From NCBI RefSeq assembly GCF_036273115.1, contig NZ_DASUIN010000026.1, forward strand, positions 21,653 to 85,652: a DNA stretch of 64,000 nucleotides. The letters run 5' to 3'. Position 1 is the first letter of the stretch; every line of letters begins with the position of its first letter. Below are positions 19,201 through 27,971 of the stretch, one piece after another. The stretch is from Aquabacterium sp. Lineage in GTDB: Bacteria > Pseudomonadota > Gammaproteobacteria > Burkholderiales > Burkholderiaceae_C. The notes beneath the pieces are model-generated. The model worked only from the letters and a program-made list of their open reading frames with translations. It searched no databases and was not told the DNA's origin. The position numbers and the translations under genes were made by a program.

Positions 19201-20074
19201 CGGGCTTGGATGGCCGCGTAGACGCGAGTTGGTCGAGCTGAAATTGCCGGCTCAGGATGCGGTCAAGCTGCCGGTCGCTGAGCCAGCGTTTCAAGGCCGG
19301 CATCAGCCGGCTTTTCTCGCCAATGCGAACCACGGCCGGGCCATTGGCACGCCCGAGTTGGGCCACCAGCTGGCTGGCAAATTCGGCTGCCGGCGTGGCA
19401 TTTTGCTGGCTGCCATGGGCCCGTGCCATCACGGCATCGCGAATGCGGTGGTAGGGTGATTGGGGCGGCACCGAAACGCCTTGCCCTGCCGCATCGCCAA
19501 AGCCAGATTCAATGCCGCCTGGCTGAACCGTGGTGACCCGGATGCCCAAAGGCGCCAACTCCATGCGCAAGGCATCTGACAGGGCGTTTACTGCAGCCTT
19601 GCTGGCGCAATAGGCCCCGGCAAACGGCGTGGGCATGACGCCTGACACGCTGCTGATGTTGACGATGTGACCGTGGCCACGCGCGACCATTTCGGGCAGC
19701 ACGGCTTGAATCAGCGCCATGGGTGCAAACACATTGACATCGAACTGGCGTTGCCACTCGGACAAGGGCAGGTCCATCAAAGGGCCCATGGCGCCGTAGC
19801 CTGCGTTGTTAACCAGGGTGTCAATTTGCCAGCGCTCTTCGCGCAACTGGCTCAGCAGCGCTTGTCGGCTGGCCGCATCGGTCACATCCAGCGGTCGTGT
19901 CAGCATGCCGAGTTCGGCCAAGGGCGCCAGGGTCTCGACGCGGCGGGCTGTGGCGCAGACCCGGTAGCCTTGGGCATGGAAGGCATGCGCCAGGGCCTTG
20001 CCGATGCCCGAGCTGCATCCGGTGATCAGGACGCCATGGCCGACGTTCGGCGTGCTTGTCTCGGTCGCAGACAT
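19187..20074 (-). CDS. Classical short-chain dehydrogenase/reductase (SDR)
   Basis: VLITGCSSGIGKA cofactor motif, NNAG, and YCASK catalytic motif. The start is trimmed to the ATG at 20074. Confidence 0.9.
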   Translation of the reverse strand: MSATETSTPNVGHGVLITGCSSGIGKALAHAFHAQGYRVCATARRVETLAPLAELGMLTRPLDVTDAASRQALLSQLREERWQIDTLVNNAGYGAMGPLMDLPLSEWQRQFDVNVFAPMALIQAVLPEMVARGHGHIVNISSVSGVMPTPFAGAYCASKAAVNALSDALRMELAPLGIRVTTVQPGGIESGFGDAAGQGVSVPPQSPYHRIRDAVMARAHGSQQNATPAAEFASQLVAQLGRANGPAVVRIGEKSRLMPALKRWLSDRQLDRILSRQFQLDQLASTRPSKPVKKG

Positions 20075-20087
20075 CAGGGCACCTCGG

Positions 20088-20579
20088 TTAACGGGCGGGT
20101 CGTCCTGGGCCTTGTGTGCCCTCCGAGCGCGCCGACAGGTAGGCGTACAGGTCGGCAATCTGGGCGTTGACTTCGGGCTCGTCTTCCCATGCGGGCATGG
20201 TCAGGGCACCGGCTTGGCGCTTCAGAATCGCTTCCACCAGTTGATCAAGCGTGGCCGAGTCGCCGTTGACGCGTGCGGTGGGCATCCCCCAGTCGTAGCG
20301 TTTGAGCACCACGCTCATGAACTGCCGTGGCCCCATCTCGCGCAGGCGAACCAGCAGATCTGGCGCAGTACCCTGTCCGGTGGCGCTGGCGCCATGGCAG
20401 CTGGCACATTTGCCTTGAAACACGCGCCAGCCGGTGTAGACCGAGCCGGGAGGCTTGGCCAGTTCGGCCATTTCCTGAGCCGGTTGGCGGTTCTGCCACT
20501 CGATGGCGCAACCGGCCAGGGTCAGCGCAGAAATCAGAGCGGCGCTCAGCAGGTACTTGCGTTGAAAAAGCCTGTTCAT
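20088..20579 (-). CDS. c-type cytochrome lipoprotein
   Basis: Lipobox LTLAGC and a single CASCH heme-binding motif. 13 nt upstream of the SDR gene on the same strand. Confidence 0.8.
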   Translation of the reverse strand: MNRLFQRKYLLSAALISALTLAGCAIEWQNRQPAQEMAELAKPPGSVYTGWRVFQGKCASCHGASATGQGTAPDLLVRLREMGPRQFMSVVLKRYDWGMPTARVNGDSATLDQLVEAILKRQAGALTMPAWEDEPEVNAQIADLYAYLSARSEGTQGPGRPAR

Positions 20580-20726
20580 GGCAGAGGTCTCCTCAGAGTC
20601 TGGCCGGTGGTGTGCGAGATCCCGGCTTCGCTTTCAGTATCGCCTTGTTTCTGTGTCGTGGCTGTTGTGGCAGCGCCGAATCCTGGACAATGATGGCCTT
20701 TCGCGACTCCTGCAACTTTTCAAACC

Positions 20727-20975
20727 ATGAACGACACCACGTCTGCCCCCGCGCTGCCTGATCGCCTCTCGATCGACCCCACCAGCCCGCACCACGTTGC
20801 GGCCGTGTTCGAGCGCGACGTGGGCATTCTTTTCAATGGCAAGGAACGCTTCGATGTGGCCGAGTACTGCATCAGCGAAGGCTGGATTCGCGTGCCCGTG
20901 GGCAACAAGGTCGACCGCAAGGGGCGTCCTCTGACGGTGGCCCTCAAGGGCAAGGTCGAAGCGTTTTACAAATAA
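20727..20975 (+). CDS. DUF3297-family protein
   Basis: 82 aa. PDRLSIDP.SPHH...FNGKER.DV.EYC.SEGW.RV...K.DR.G.P matches my memory of DUF3297. Confidence 0.75.
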   Translation: MNDTTSAPALPDRLSIDPTSPHHVAAVFERDVGILFNGKERFDVAEYCISEGWIRVPVGNKVDRKGRPLTVALKGKVEAFYK

Positions 20976-21002
20976 GCGCGCGCTGCTTCGGCCGGGAACG
21001 CC

Positions 21003-21656
21003 TCAGGCCTGATCTGCGGCGATCTGCCGAAGCGCCTGTTCAAACACCTCCACCGGTTGTCCGCCGGAGATGAGGTGTCGATCGTTGATGATCACCGCGG
21101 GCACCGAACGGATGCCGTGCGAGGTGTAAAACGCCTCTTGCTCGCGCACGTCCTGCGCATGAGCGTCCGAGTCCAGAACCTGCCGAGCCGCTTGCGTGTC
21201 CAGGCCGGCCCGTGCCACGGCACCCAATAACACCTCGGGGGAAGACATGTCGGCCCGGTCTCGGTGGCAGGCCACCAGCAAGGCCTTTTTCAGCGCCATC
21301 TGTTGGGCCGGGGCTGTTTCCCCCGCCCAGTGCAGCAGCCGGTGGGCATTGAAGGTGTTGTAAATGCGGCCGCGCCCGTCGGCGTTGAACTCGAAACCCA
21401 CTTCGGCGCCGCGCTGGCGAATGCGTTCGCGAATCTGGGCTTGCTCGACGGCGGTGCTGCCGTACTTGCGGCTCAGGTGTTCGGTGATGTCCTCGCCTTC
21501 GGGCTCCATGTGCGGGTTCAGTTCGAAGGGCTGTGTCTGAATCGTGGCGGAGACCTCGCCTGCCAGATTGGCCAGTGCGCGCTCCAGAGCCGCCAGGCCG
21601 ATGGCACACCATGGGCAGGAAATGTCGGAGACGAAGTCGATTTTCAAGGTCACCAT
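21003..21656 (-). CDS. DsbA-family (FrnE / HCCA-isomerase-like) thiol oxidoreductase
   Basis: IDFVSDISCPWCAIG (CPWC) thioredoxin-fold motif. The start is trimmed to the ATG at 21656. Confidence 0.85.
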   Translation of the reverse strand: MVTLKIDFVSDISCPWCAIGLAALERALANLAGEVSATIQTQPFELNPHMEPEGEDITEHLSRKYGSTAVEQAQIRERIRQRGAEVGFEFNADGRGRIYNTFNAHRLLHWAGETAPAQQMALKKALLVACHRDRADMSSPEVLLGAVARAGLDTQAARQVLDSDAHAQDVREQEAFYTSHGIRSVPAVIINDRHLISGGQPVEVFEQALRQIAADQA

Positions 21657-21706
21657 GGCGTGTCCGAGCGGTCGCGATGGCAGCCATGCTAGCCACAGTC
21701 GCATTT

Positions 21707-21747
21707 CCTGATCTGGATCAGGGCAATAGGATCACACACGGATCACA
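21707..21747. promoter_or_regulatory. Palindrome plus phased GGATCA hexamers in the divergent dsbA-like / DUF47-pit control region
   Basis: CCTGATC-TG-GATCAGG (21707-21722), then GGATCACA at 21729 and 21740, 11 bp apart. Confidence 0.4.
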
Positions 21748-21783
21748 GATGCGCCGCTTGCCAAATCCGGCCGCGGGGGTGGG

Positions 21784-21812
21784 TAGTCAGGCGCTGAGCA
21801 GGCGGGTAAAAT
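21784..21812 (+). promoter_or_regulatory. Candidate sigma-70 promoter of the DUF47-pit operon
   Basis: TAGTCA-N17-TAAAAT, about 46 nt upstream of the ATG at 21859. Confidence 0.4.
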
Positions 21813-21858
21813 CCCCTACCTCAAGTCAATGTCACCCTCGTGACGCGCGAGAAAATTC

Positions 21859-22506
21859 ATGATCTTCGGAAAGCTGCTGCCCCGTGAGGGCAATTTTTTT
21901 GAGCTGTTCAACCAGCACGCGAACCACATCGTTTCTGCGGCCAAGGCGTTCGCAGACCTGGTCAAGCACTACAACGACCCCGAACAACGTGAAAAATTCA
22001 ACAAGGACGTGGACAACGCCGAGGGCGCAGCTGACACGGTGACCCGTGAAGTGAACCGTTTGCTGCACATGACCTTCATCACCCCCATCGATCGCGAGCA
22101 GATTCACTCGCTGATCAACACGATGGACGATGTGGCTGACCTGCTGCAAGACGCGGCTGAAACCATGGCCCTGTACGACGTGCGTCGCATGACCGACGAA
22201 ATCGTTCGTCTGACCGACCTGTGCGTGAAGAGCTGCGAGCGCCTGAAAACGGCCGTGTCCATGCTGCACGACATTGGCAACGCCAAGACCGCTCAGGCCG
22301 CGCTGAAGACCTGCGAAGAGATTGACCAGCTGGAATCGGATGCCGACCGCGTGATGCGCGCAGCCATGAGCAAGCTGTTCCGTGAAGAGCCCGATGTGCG
22401 CGAGGTGATCAAGCTCAAGGCCATCTATGAGCTGCTGGAAACCGTCACCGACAAGTGCGAGGACGTGGCCAAGCTCATCGAGGGTGTGATCCTCGAGAAC
22501 TCCTGA
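21859..22506 (+). CDS. DUF47 / PhoU-like phosphate-transport accessory protein
   Basis: MIFGKLLPREGNFFELF N-terminus, typical of the DUF47 (TIGR00153) partner of Pit transporters. Confidence 0.9.
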   Translation: MIFGKLLPREGNFFELFNQHANHIVSAAKAFADLVKHYNDPEQREKFNKDVDNAEGAADTVTREVNRLLHMTFITPIDREQIHSLINTMDDVADLLQDAAETMALYDVRRMTDEIVRLTDLCVKSCERLKTAVSMLHDIGNAKTAQAALKTCEEIDQLESDADRVMRAAMSKLFREEPDVREVIKLKAIYELLETVTDKCEDVAKLIEGVILENS

Positions 22507-22522
22507 TCCGGGAGGTCTCATC

Positions 22523-23533
22523 ATGGCAACCATGCAGGTGGCCCTTTGGGTCATCGTCTTCCTGGTGGTGTTGGCGCTGCTGTTCGATTTCATGAACGGT
22601 TTCCACGACGCTGCCAATTCGATCGCCACCGTCGTGTCCACGGGGGTGTTGCGCCCCACGCAGGCTGTGGTGTTTGCGGCGTTCTTCAACTTTGTGGCCA
22701 TCTTCATCTTCCACCTCAGCGTGGCGGCCACCGTGGGCAAGGGCATTGCCGACAAGGGCGTGGTCGACGTTTACGTGGTGTTCGGCGCCCTGAGTGGGGC
22801 CATCACCTGGAACGTGATCACCTGGCTCTATGGCATTCCCAGCAGTTCCTCGCATGCGCTGATTGGCGGCATCGTGGGGGCCGTGATGGCCAAGGCCGGC
22901 GCAGGTGCCCTGATGGCCAGCGGCATCATGCGGACCGTCACCTTCATCTTTGTGTCGCCTTTGCTGGGTTTCACCCTGGGCTCGCTGATGATGGTGCTGG
23001 TGGCTTGGGTGTGCCGTCGGGTCTCGCCCTCGCGGGTTGACCGCTGGTTCCGTCGCTTGCAGTTGGTCTCGGCCGGGGCCTACAGCTTGGGCCATGGCGG
23101 CAATGATGCGCAGAAAACCATCGGCATCATCTGGATGCTGCTGATCTCGACAGGCTATGCCTCTGCGGCGGACAAATCGCCACCCACATGGACCATCGTG
23201 GCCTGTTACGCGGCCATCGGCCTGGGCACCATGTTTGGTGGCTGGCGCATCGTCAAGACCATGGGTCAGAAGATCACGAAGCTCAAGCCGGTGGGCGGCT
23301 TCTGTGCCGAGACCGGTGGCGCTTTGACGCTGTTCATCGCCACGGCGTTGGGTGTGCCTGTCTCGACCACGCACACCATTACGGGGGCGATCGTGGGCGT
23401 CGGCTCGGTGCAGCGTGCGAGTGCCGTGCGCTGGGGCGTGGCCGGCAACATCGTCTGGGCCTGGATCCTCACCATTCCGGCGTCGGCTTTTGTGGCGGCC
23501 GTGGCTTACTGGGTGAGCTTGCAGTTGTTCTGA
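22523..23533 (+). CDS. pit: Inorganic phosphate transporter, PiT (PHO4) family
   Basis: FDFMNGFHDAANSIATVV and a second GGNDAQKT signature. GGGAGG RBS. 16 nt after the DUF47 gene. Confidence 0.95.
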   Translation: MATMQVALWVIVFLVVLALLFDFMNGFHDAANSIATVVSTGVLRPTQAVVFAAFFNFVAIFIFHLSVAATVGKGIADKGVVDVYVVFGALSGAITWNVITWLYGIPSSSSHALIGGIVGAVMAKAGAGALMASGIMRTVTFIFVSPLLGFTLGSLMMVLVAWVCRRVSPSRVDRWFRRLQLVSAGAYSLGHGGNDAQKTIGIIWMLLISTGYASAADKSPPTWTIVACYAAIGLGTMFGGWRIVKTMGQKITKLKPVGGFCAETGGALTLFIATALGVPVSTTHTITGAIVGVGSVQRASAVRWGVAGNIVWAWILTIPASAFVAAVAYWVSLQLF

Positions 23534-23543
23534 GCCAGGCGGC

Positions 23544-24203
23544 TTAGCCCGCTTTTCTGAAAGTGAAATTGATGCGACGCTCTCCCAGCAGGGGGTGCGT
23601 CGCATTTTTCATGGGCAAGATCCCGTGAAACCGCAGGCGGTCGACCCCACCCCAGACGACCACATCGCCGTGGAACAAGGGCACGCGGGCCGGGCGCTCA
23701 CTGCGGCTGAGACCGCCGAACTGGAACAGGGCGGGAATGCCCAAGGAAACCGAGACGATGGGCTGGCTCAGGTCGCGTTCGTCCTTGTCCTGATGAAGGC
23801 CCATGCGGGTGCCCGGCTCGTAGCAGTTGATGAGGCAGGCGTCTGGCTCGAAGTTCGCAAAGCCAGCGTCGCTGGCGGCTTGTCTGGCCAGGTCTTGCAA
23901 GACCTCGGGCATGGCAGGCCAGGGCATGCCGGTTTGGGGATCGACCGGGCTGTAGCGATAGCCTCGTCGGTCGGTCACCCAGCCCAGGGGGCCGCAACTG
24001 CTCAGGGCGACCGACATGGTTTGCCCGCCTGGCGTGACCATGTGGCGAAAGGGGGCCTGCCGGGTGACCGTGTCGATGGCTTGTACCAGGTCCCGATCCA
24101 GGGCCAGGGCGCGGCCCCGCAGCACCACGGCTTGCGGCCCAAGCCATTCCTGGCTACCCGCGGGCAGGGTGGAAGGCTCATCGGGAAACAGGTCCAGTGT
24201 CAT
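23544..24203 (-). CDS. alkB: Alpha-ketoglutarate/Fe(II)-dependent DNA/RNA repair dioxygenase AlkB
   Basis: INCYEPG..MGLHQDKDE...H(G) and RINFTFR motifs. Confidence 0.95.
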   Translation of the reverse strand: MTLDLFPDEPSTLPAGSQEWLGPQAVVLRGRALALDRDLVQAIDTVTRQAPFRHMVTPGGQTMSVALSSCGPLGWVTDRRGYRYSPVDPQTGMPWPAMPEVLQDLARQAASDAGFANFEPDACLINCYEPGTRMGLHQDKDERDLSQPIVSVSLGIPALFQFGGLSRSERPARVPLFHGDVVVWGGVDRLRFHGILPMKNATHPLLGERRINFTFRKAG

Positions 24204-24210
24204 GGGCGGC

Positions 24211-26652
24211 TCACTCCTCTGGGTAAAGCAGCACGCTGGCGCGACGTTGTCGAAAGCGGGTGAGGTCGTCTTGCCAGGATGCCGCCAGGGCTTTGAGGTC
24301 TTGTCCTTCGCGCAAGCCTTGCAGTGTGCGGGCTGATCCGATCATGCCCAGGGTTCGCTCCAGCTTGAACTGCTGGGGCCAGAGGCGGTAGAGCTCACGC
24401 ACGAGGGCAGCGCCCAGCAGCGGGGCATCCAACCGGTTGCGATCGAGCACGCGAACCTGAATGCCATTGCAGAGTTGCCCTTGATACGGCGGGGCCGTGG
24501 GGGTGAACTGCGTGGCACTGAATTGCACCCCAGCCAGGGCACCGTTTTGAACCCAGGCGTTGAGCGCCTCGGCCAGCCGAGTGGCATCTATCCACGGCGC
24601 GCCCAGCCATTCGAAGGGGTGCTCGGTGCCTCGCCCCACACTGACGTTGGCCCCTTCTACCCAGGCCATGCCGGGGTAGAGCATGGCAGTCAAAGGGGTG
24701 CGCAAGTTGGGGGAAGGGGGCACCCAGTCCAAGCCGGTCTGGTTGAACCAGAGCGACCGCCGATAACCTTGCATGGGCACCACGTCGAGCTGCACGGTCA
24801 GGCCCTCTTTCTGCAGGTCTTGCTGAAACCAGCGGGCCAATTCACCCACGGTCATGCCATGCTGCACAGGCAAGCCGGGGTAGCCGGTGAAGGAGCCCTT
24901 GTCGGCATCCAGAACGGGTCCTCCCATTCGATCGGCCCGAATCGGGTTGGGGCGATCCAGCACGAGGATGCGCACGCCTTGCTCGGCCGCCGCCCGCATG
25001 GCCTCAGCCAGGGTGGAGATGTAGGTGTAGAAGCGTGCGCCCGCATCTTGCAGGTCGAACACCAGAGTGTCGATGTCGCGCAGCGATTCGGCCGTGGGGC
25101 GGCGCTGCTCGCCATACAGGCTGATGAGCGGCAGGCCGCTGAGAGGCTCGATGCCCGAGGCGATCTTGCCTTCGGCATCGCCGTACAGGCCATGCTCAGG
25201 GCTGAACACTTTGACCAGTTGAACCCCTGGGGCCCAGCGCAGCCGGTCCAGGGTACGCCAGCCTTGGCGGTCCACCGCCGCGAGGTGGGTGATGAGGCCG
25301 ACGCGGCGCCCAATGAGGGGGGCAAACTGCTGGGCCTGCAACACGTCGATGCCGGTGGCCACCACCGAGCTGCTAGGGCTGCTCGTCGCAACGGAGGTTG
25401 GGCGCGCGGGCGCTTTGCCCAAGGCGTCTGCCGAGAGCGGTGGGTTCAGGCTGGACAGCAGGGCCAGGAGCTCGCGCCGCAGGGGGCGTGCATCGCCCTT
25501 GCCATCCGGGTGAAGCCGGTTGCTGAGCAGCACCACGAAGCGTTTTTGAACCAGGTCGATCCACAAGCCCGTGCCGGTGTAGCCTGTGTGGCCGATCAAA
25601 CCCAGCGGAGCCAGTTGATCTCGGTTCGCCACCAAGGGGGCTTGCAGCTGCCAGCCCAGGCCCCGCCATTCCGAGTCGCTGGCAGGGCTCTGCAGGCGGG
25701 CCAGTTCTTGCAAGGTCTCGGCTTTCAGCAAACGTCCGGGTTGCACCATGGCCTGGGCAAATCGGGCCAGGTCGTCGGCGCTGCCAAACAGGCCGGCATG
25801 GCCCGCCACGCCGGCCATGCGGCGCGCGATGGGGTCTTGAACCTGGCCTTTGAGCCATTGGCCGTTGGCCAATGGCTCGGTGGGGGCCATGCGACTGGCC
25901 CAGCGGTGGGGCGGCAGAAAGCCCGAATCGTGCATGTGCAGTGGCAGCAAGATGTGTTGCCGCACATACAGCGGCAAAGGCGTGTGCGAGACGCGTTGCA
26001 CGATCTCGCCCAGCACCATGAAGTTGATGTCGCTGTAGAGCGTGCGCGTCCCTGGTGCCGCAATGGGTTGCTCGGCCAACACGCGCCTCAAAGCCTCTGC
26101 TGGGCCTTGCCAGTCGGGTTGCAGCGAGATGTCAGGCCTCAGTCCCGAGGTGTGGGCCAGCAGTTGCCGAATGGTGATGCGGTCTTTCCCCTTGCTGGTA
26201 AATGCCGGCCAGTAGCGGGCTGCGGGGGCGTCCAGCTGAATGCGTTCTGCCTCCACCAGTTGCAGCACCGCGGTGGTGGTGGCCACGACCTTGGTCAACG
26301 AGGCCAGGTCGAAAATGGTATCGGGGCTCATGGCCTCGGGCACCGGTTGGCGGCTGCGCCAGCCCCAGTTGCGGCGTAGCCAGATGCGGTCGGCGTCGCC
26401 CATCACCAGCACCGCGCCGGGCAGTTGTCTGGCGTTGATCTGTGCTTGCACCGCCGCGTCCAGCGGGGCCCAGTTGTCAGTCAGTGCGGGCCGCCCCGTG
26501 GTGGATAACGGGGTGAGCGTGATCGGTGCTGGCGGGGCGGTTTGGGCTTGTGCGGTCGTGCACAGTGCGGCCCAACTGATCAGCGCGCACAGGATCCCAC
26601 CGCGGCATACCCGGCCGGGTCGGTCATGGGGTGGGCGCCGGGTGGACGTCAT
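24211..26652 (-). CDS. Exported fusion protein: beta-lactamase-fold serine hydrolase (N-terminal) plus DUF1343 / NamZ-like exo-N-acetylmuramidase domain (C-terminal)
   Basis: Signal peptide. ASLTK (SxxK), YSD and HTGYTG motifs in the first half. GIDVL...GLITH...FSPEHG...SLYG...FDLQDAGARFYTYISTL...LDRPNP in the second half. The ATG overlaps the upstream stop (ATGA at 26649-26652). Confidence 0.9.
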   Translation of the reverse strand: MTSTRRPPHDRPGRVCRGGILCALISWAALCTTAQAQTAPPAPITLTPLSTTGRPALTDNWAPLDAAVQAQINARQLPGAVLVMGDADRIWLRRNWGWRSRQPVPEAMSPDTIFDLASLTKVVATTTAVLQLVEAERIQLDAPAARYWPAFTSKGKDRITIRQLLAHTSGLRPDISLQPDWQGPAEALRRVLAEQPIAAPGTRTLYSDINFMVLGEIVQRVSHTPLPLYVRQHILLPLHMHDSGFLPPHRWASRMAPTEPLANGQWLKGQVQDPIARRMAGVAGHAGLFGSADDLARFAQAMVQPGRLLKAETLQELARLQSPASDSEWRGLGWQLQAPLVANRDQLAPLGLIGHTGYTGTGLWIDLVQKRFVVLLSNRLHPDGKGDARPLRRELLALLSSLNPPLSADALGKAPARPTSVATSSPSSSVVATGIDVLQAQQFAPLIGRRVGLITHLAAVDRQGWRTLDRLRWAPGVQLVKVFSPEHGLYGDAEGKIASGIEPLSGLPLISLYGEQRRPTAESLRDIDTLVFDLQDAGARFYTYISTLAEAMRAAAEQGVRILVLDRPNPIRADRMGGPVLDADKGSFTGYPGLPVQHGMTVGELARWFQQDLQKEGLTVQLDVVPMQGYRRSLWFNQTGLDWVPPSPNLRTPLTAMLYPGMAWVEGANVSVGRGTEHPFEWLGAPWIDATRLAEALNAWVQNGALAGVQFSATQFTPTAPPYQGQLCNGIQVRVLDRNRLDAPLLGAALVRELYRLWPQQFKLERTLGMIGSARTLQGLREGQDLKALAASWQDDLTRFRQRRASVLLYPEE

Positions 26653-27971
26653 GGTTGGGTTGCGCTTGGGCTGGGTTCGAGTTTCAGGCCCGATTCGTCG
26701 TAGTGGTTGCGGGGGTTCCACAGCATCCAGCCATGTGTGTCGGTGGATTCGGCCGCATCGATTTGCGCACGAATTTCCAATTCGCCGAAGGGGCGCCGGT
26801 CAAAGCCATAGTCGCGAAAGGCTTGCAGCCAGGGGCGCCAGCACACCGGCGTGCCGTGGGTGCGTTGCTTGGCGCGTTTCAGCGTGTGCTCGACGATGGC
26901 ATAAGGCTCGGCGACCGGGTTGCGGTGCTCCGGAATGCCGAAGGTGAAGCCCGAGGGGTAGAGCATGGGCGACAGGTAGTCCACATGCTGGGCAATGGCT
27001 TCCAGTTGCTGTCCGATCTGGGTGTCGTTGGTGTTCCAGGCCACATAGCCGAAGATGTCGGCGGCGATGAGGACGTTGTAGCGGGCCAGACGCTGGCGTG
27101 CGGCATCGAGGAAGGCGTTGATGGTGGCCACCCGACGGGGCTCGGTGGCGGGCTCGCTGAAGACCAGGCCGGTGGCATCGGGGAAGCGGATGTAGTCGAA
27201 CTGGACCTCGTCAAACCCCATTTGCGCGGCCTCTTCGGCAATGGCCAGGCTGCGGTCCCAGGCAGCTTGCTGGAAGGGGTCGATCCAGGCCACGTCTTCG
27301 CCATCGCGCCACAGGCTGCCATCGGCTCGGTGCACGGCCCATTGCGGGTGGGCGCTGGCCCACTGGTTGTCCTTGAACACCACCACGCGCGCAATCAGGT
27401 AAAGGCCTTGGGCTTTCAGCTGGCGCACCAGGGTCGGCATGTCGGCCACGGTGATGGGCTTTTGCGGGCCCAGGCCCGATGCCGCTACCGAGGCACTGCG
27501 GTGCGGCACCAGGCCACGGTCGTCTTTCACATCGATGACCAGGGCATTGATTTCGGTGGTGGCCGCCAGCTTCAAGGCCGATTCACGCAAGGGGCGGCTG
27601 CCAATGCCAAACACCGACAAGTACAGCGCCTTGGGGCGAATGGGGTGCAGTGACAGCGTGGTGGGGCCCGCGGAGGCCTGCGCATCATTGAGCCGGCTGT
27701 AGCCGCAGGCCCGCACGCTCCAGCGTGGCGGGCGGCTCGAGGCGCTCCATACGAATCGTCCTTGCGCATCGGTGCGCACCGATTGCTCTGCGGCTTGCAC
27801 GATGGCATGGGCAATGGGCTGGCCGGATTGGGCGTCGACCACCTGGCCCGACCAGGTCGGCGAGGGCTGAGACTGCGCGGCCTGAATCAGCACGAGGCCA
27901 AGTGCCGCAACCAGCAGGTCGCCGAAGCCACGTCGGAGGGAATCCCGGAGGGGCTGCTGTTTCACGGTCAT
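26649..27971 (-). CDS. Exported DUF4015-family putative glycoside hydrolase (TIM-barrel GH-like)
   Basis: Signal peptide. GFDEVQFDYIRFP motif, which I associate with DUF4015 (YngK-like). ATGA overlap with the upstream gene. Confidence 0.8.
   Translation of the reverse strand: MTVKQQPLRDSLRRGFGDLLVAALGLVLIQAAQSQPSPTWSGQVVDAQSGQPIAHAIVQAAEQSVRTDAQGRFVWSASSRPPRWSVRACGYSRLNDAQASAGPTTLSLHPIRPKALYLSVFGIGSRPLRESALKLAATTEINALVIDVKDDRGLVPHRSASVAASGLGPQKPITVADMPTLVRQLKAQGLYLIARVVVFKDNQWASAHPQWAVHRADGSLWRDGEDVAWIDPFQQAAWDRSLAIAEEAAQMGFDEVQFDYIRFPDATGLVFSEPATEPRRVATINAFLDAARQRLARYNVLIAADIFGYVAWNTNDTQIGQQLEAIAQHVDYLSPMLYPSGFTFGIPEHRNPVAEPYAIVEHTLKRAKQRTHGTPVCWRPWLQAFRDYGFDRRPFGELEIRAQIDAAESTDTHGWMLWNPRNHYDESGLKLEPSPSATQP

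Noticed and set aside
21729-21748. Calling the GGATCACA repeats a bona fide Pho box for the pit operon
   Set aside because: The similarity exists only on the minus strand. The site is about 40 bp upstream of the best -35 element rather than replacing it. Low-affinity Pit systems are often not Pho-regulated. It is kept only as an unassigned regulatory repeat.
24475-27653. Plus-strand ORFs of 634 aa and 340 aa opposite the hydrolase-NamZ fusion and DUF4015 genes
   Set aside because: Antisense shadow frames. The minus-strand products carry clear catalytic motifs and start/stop coupling.
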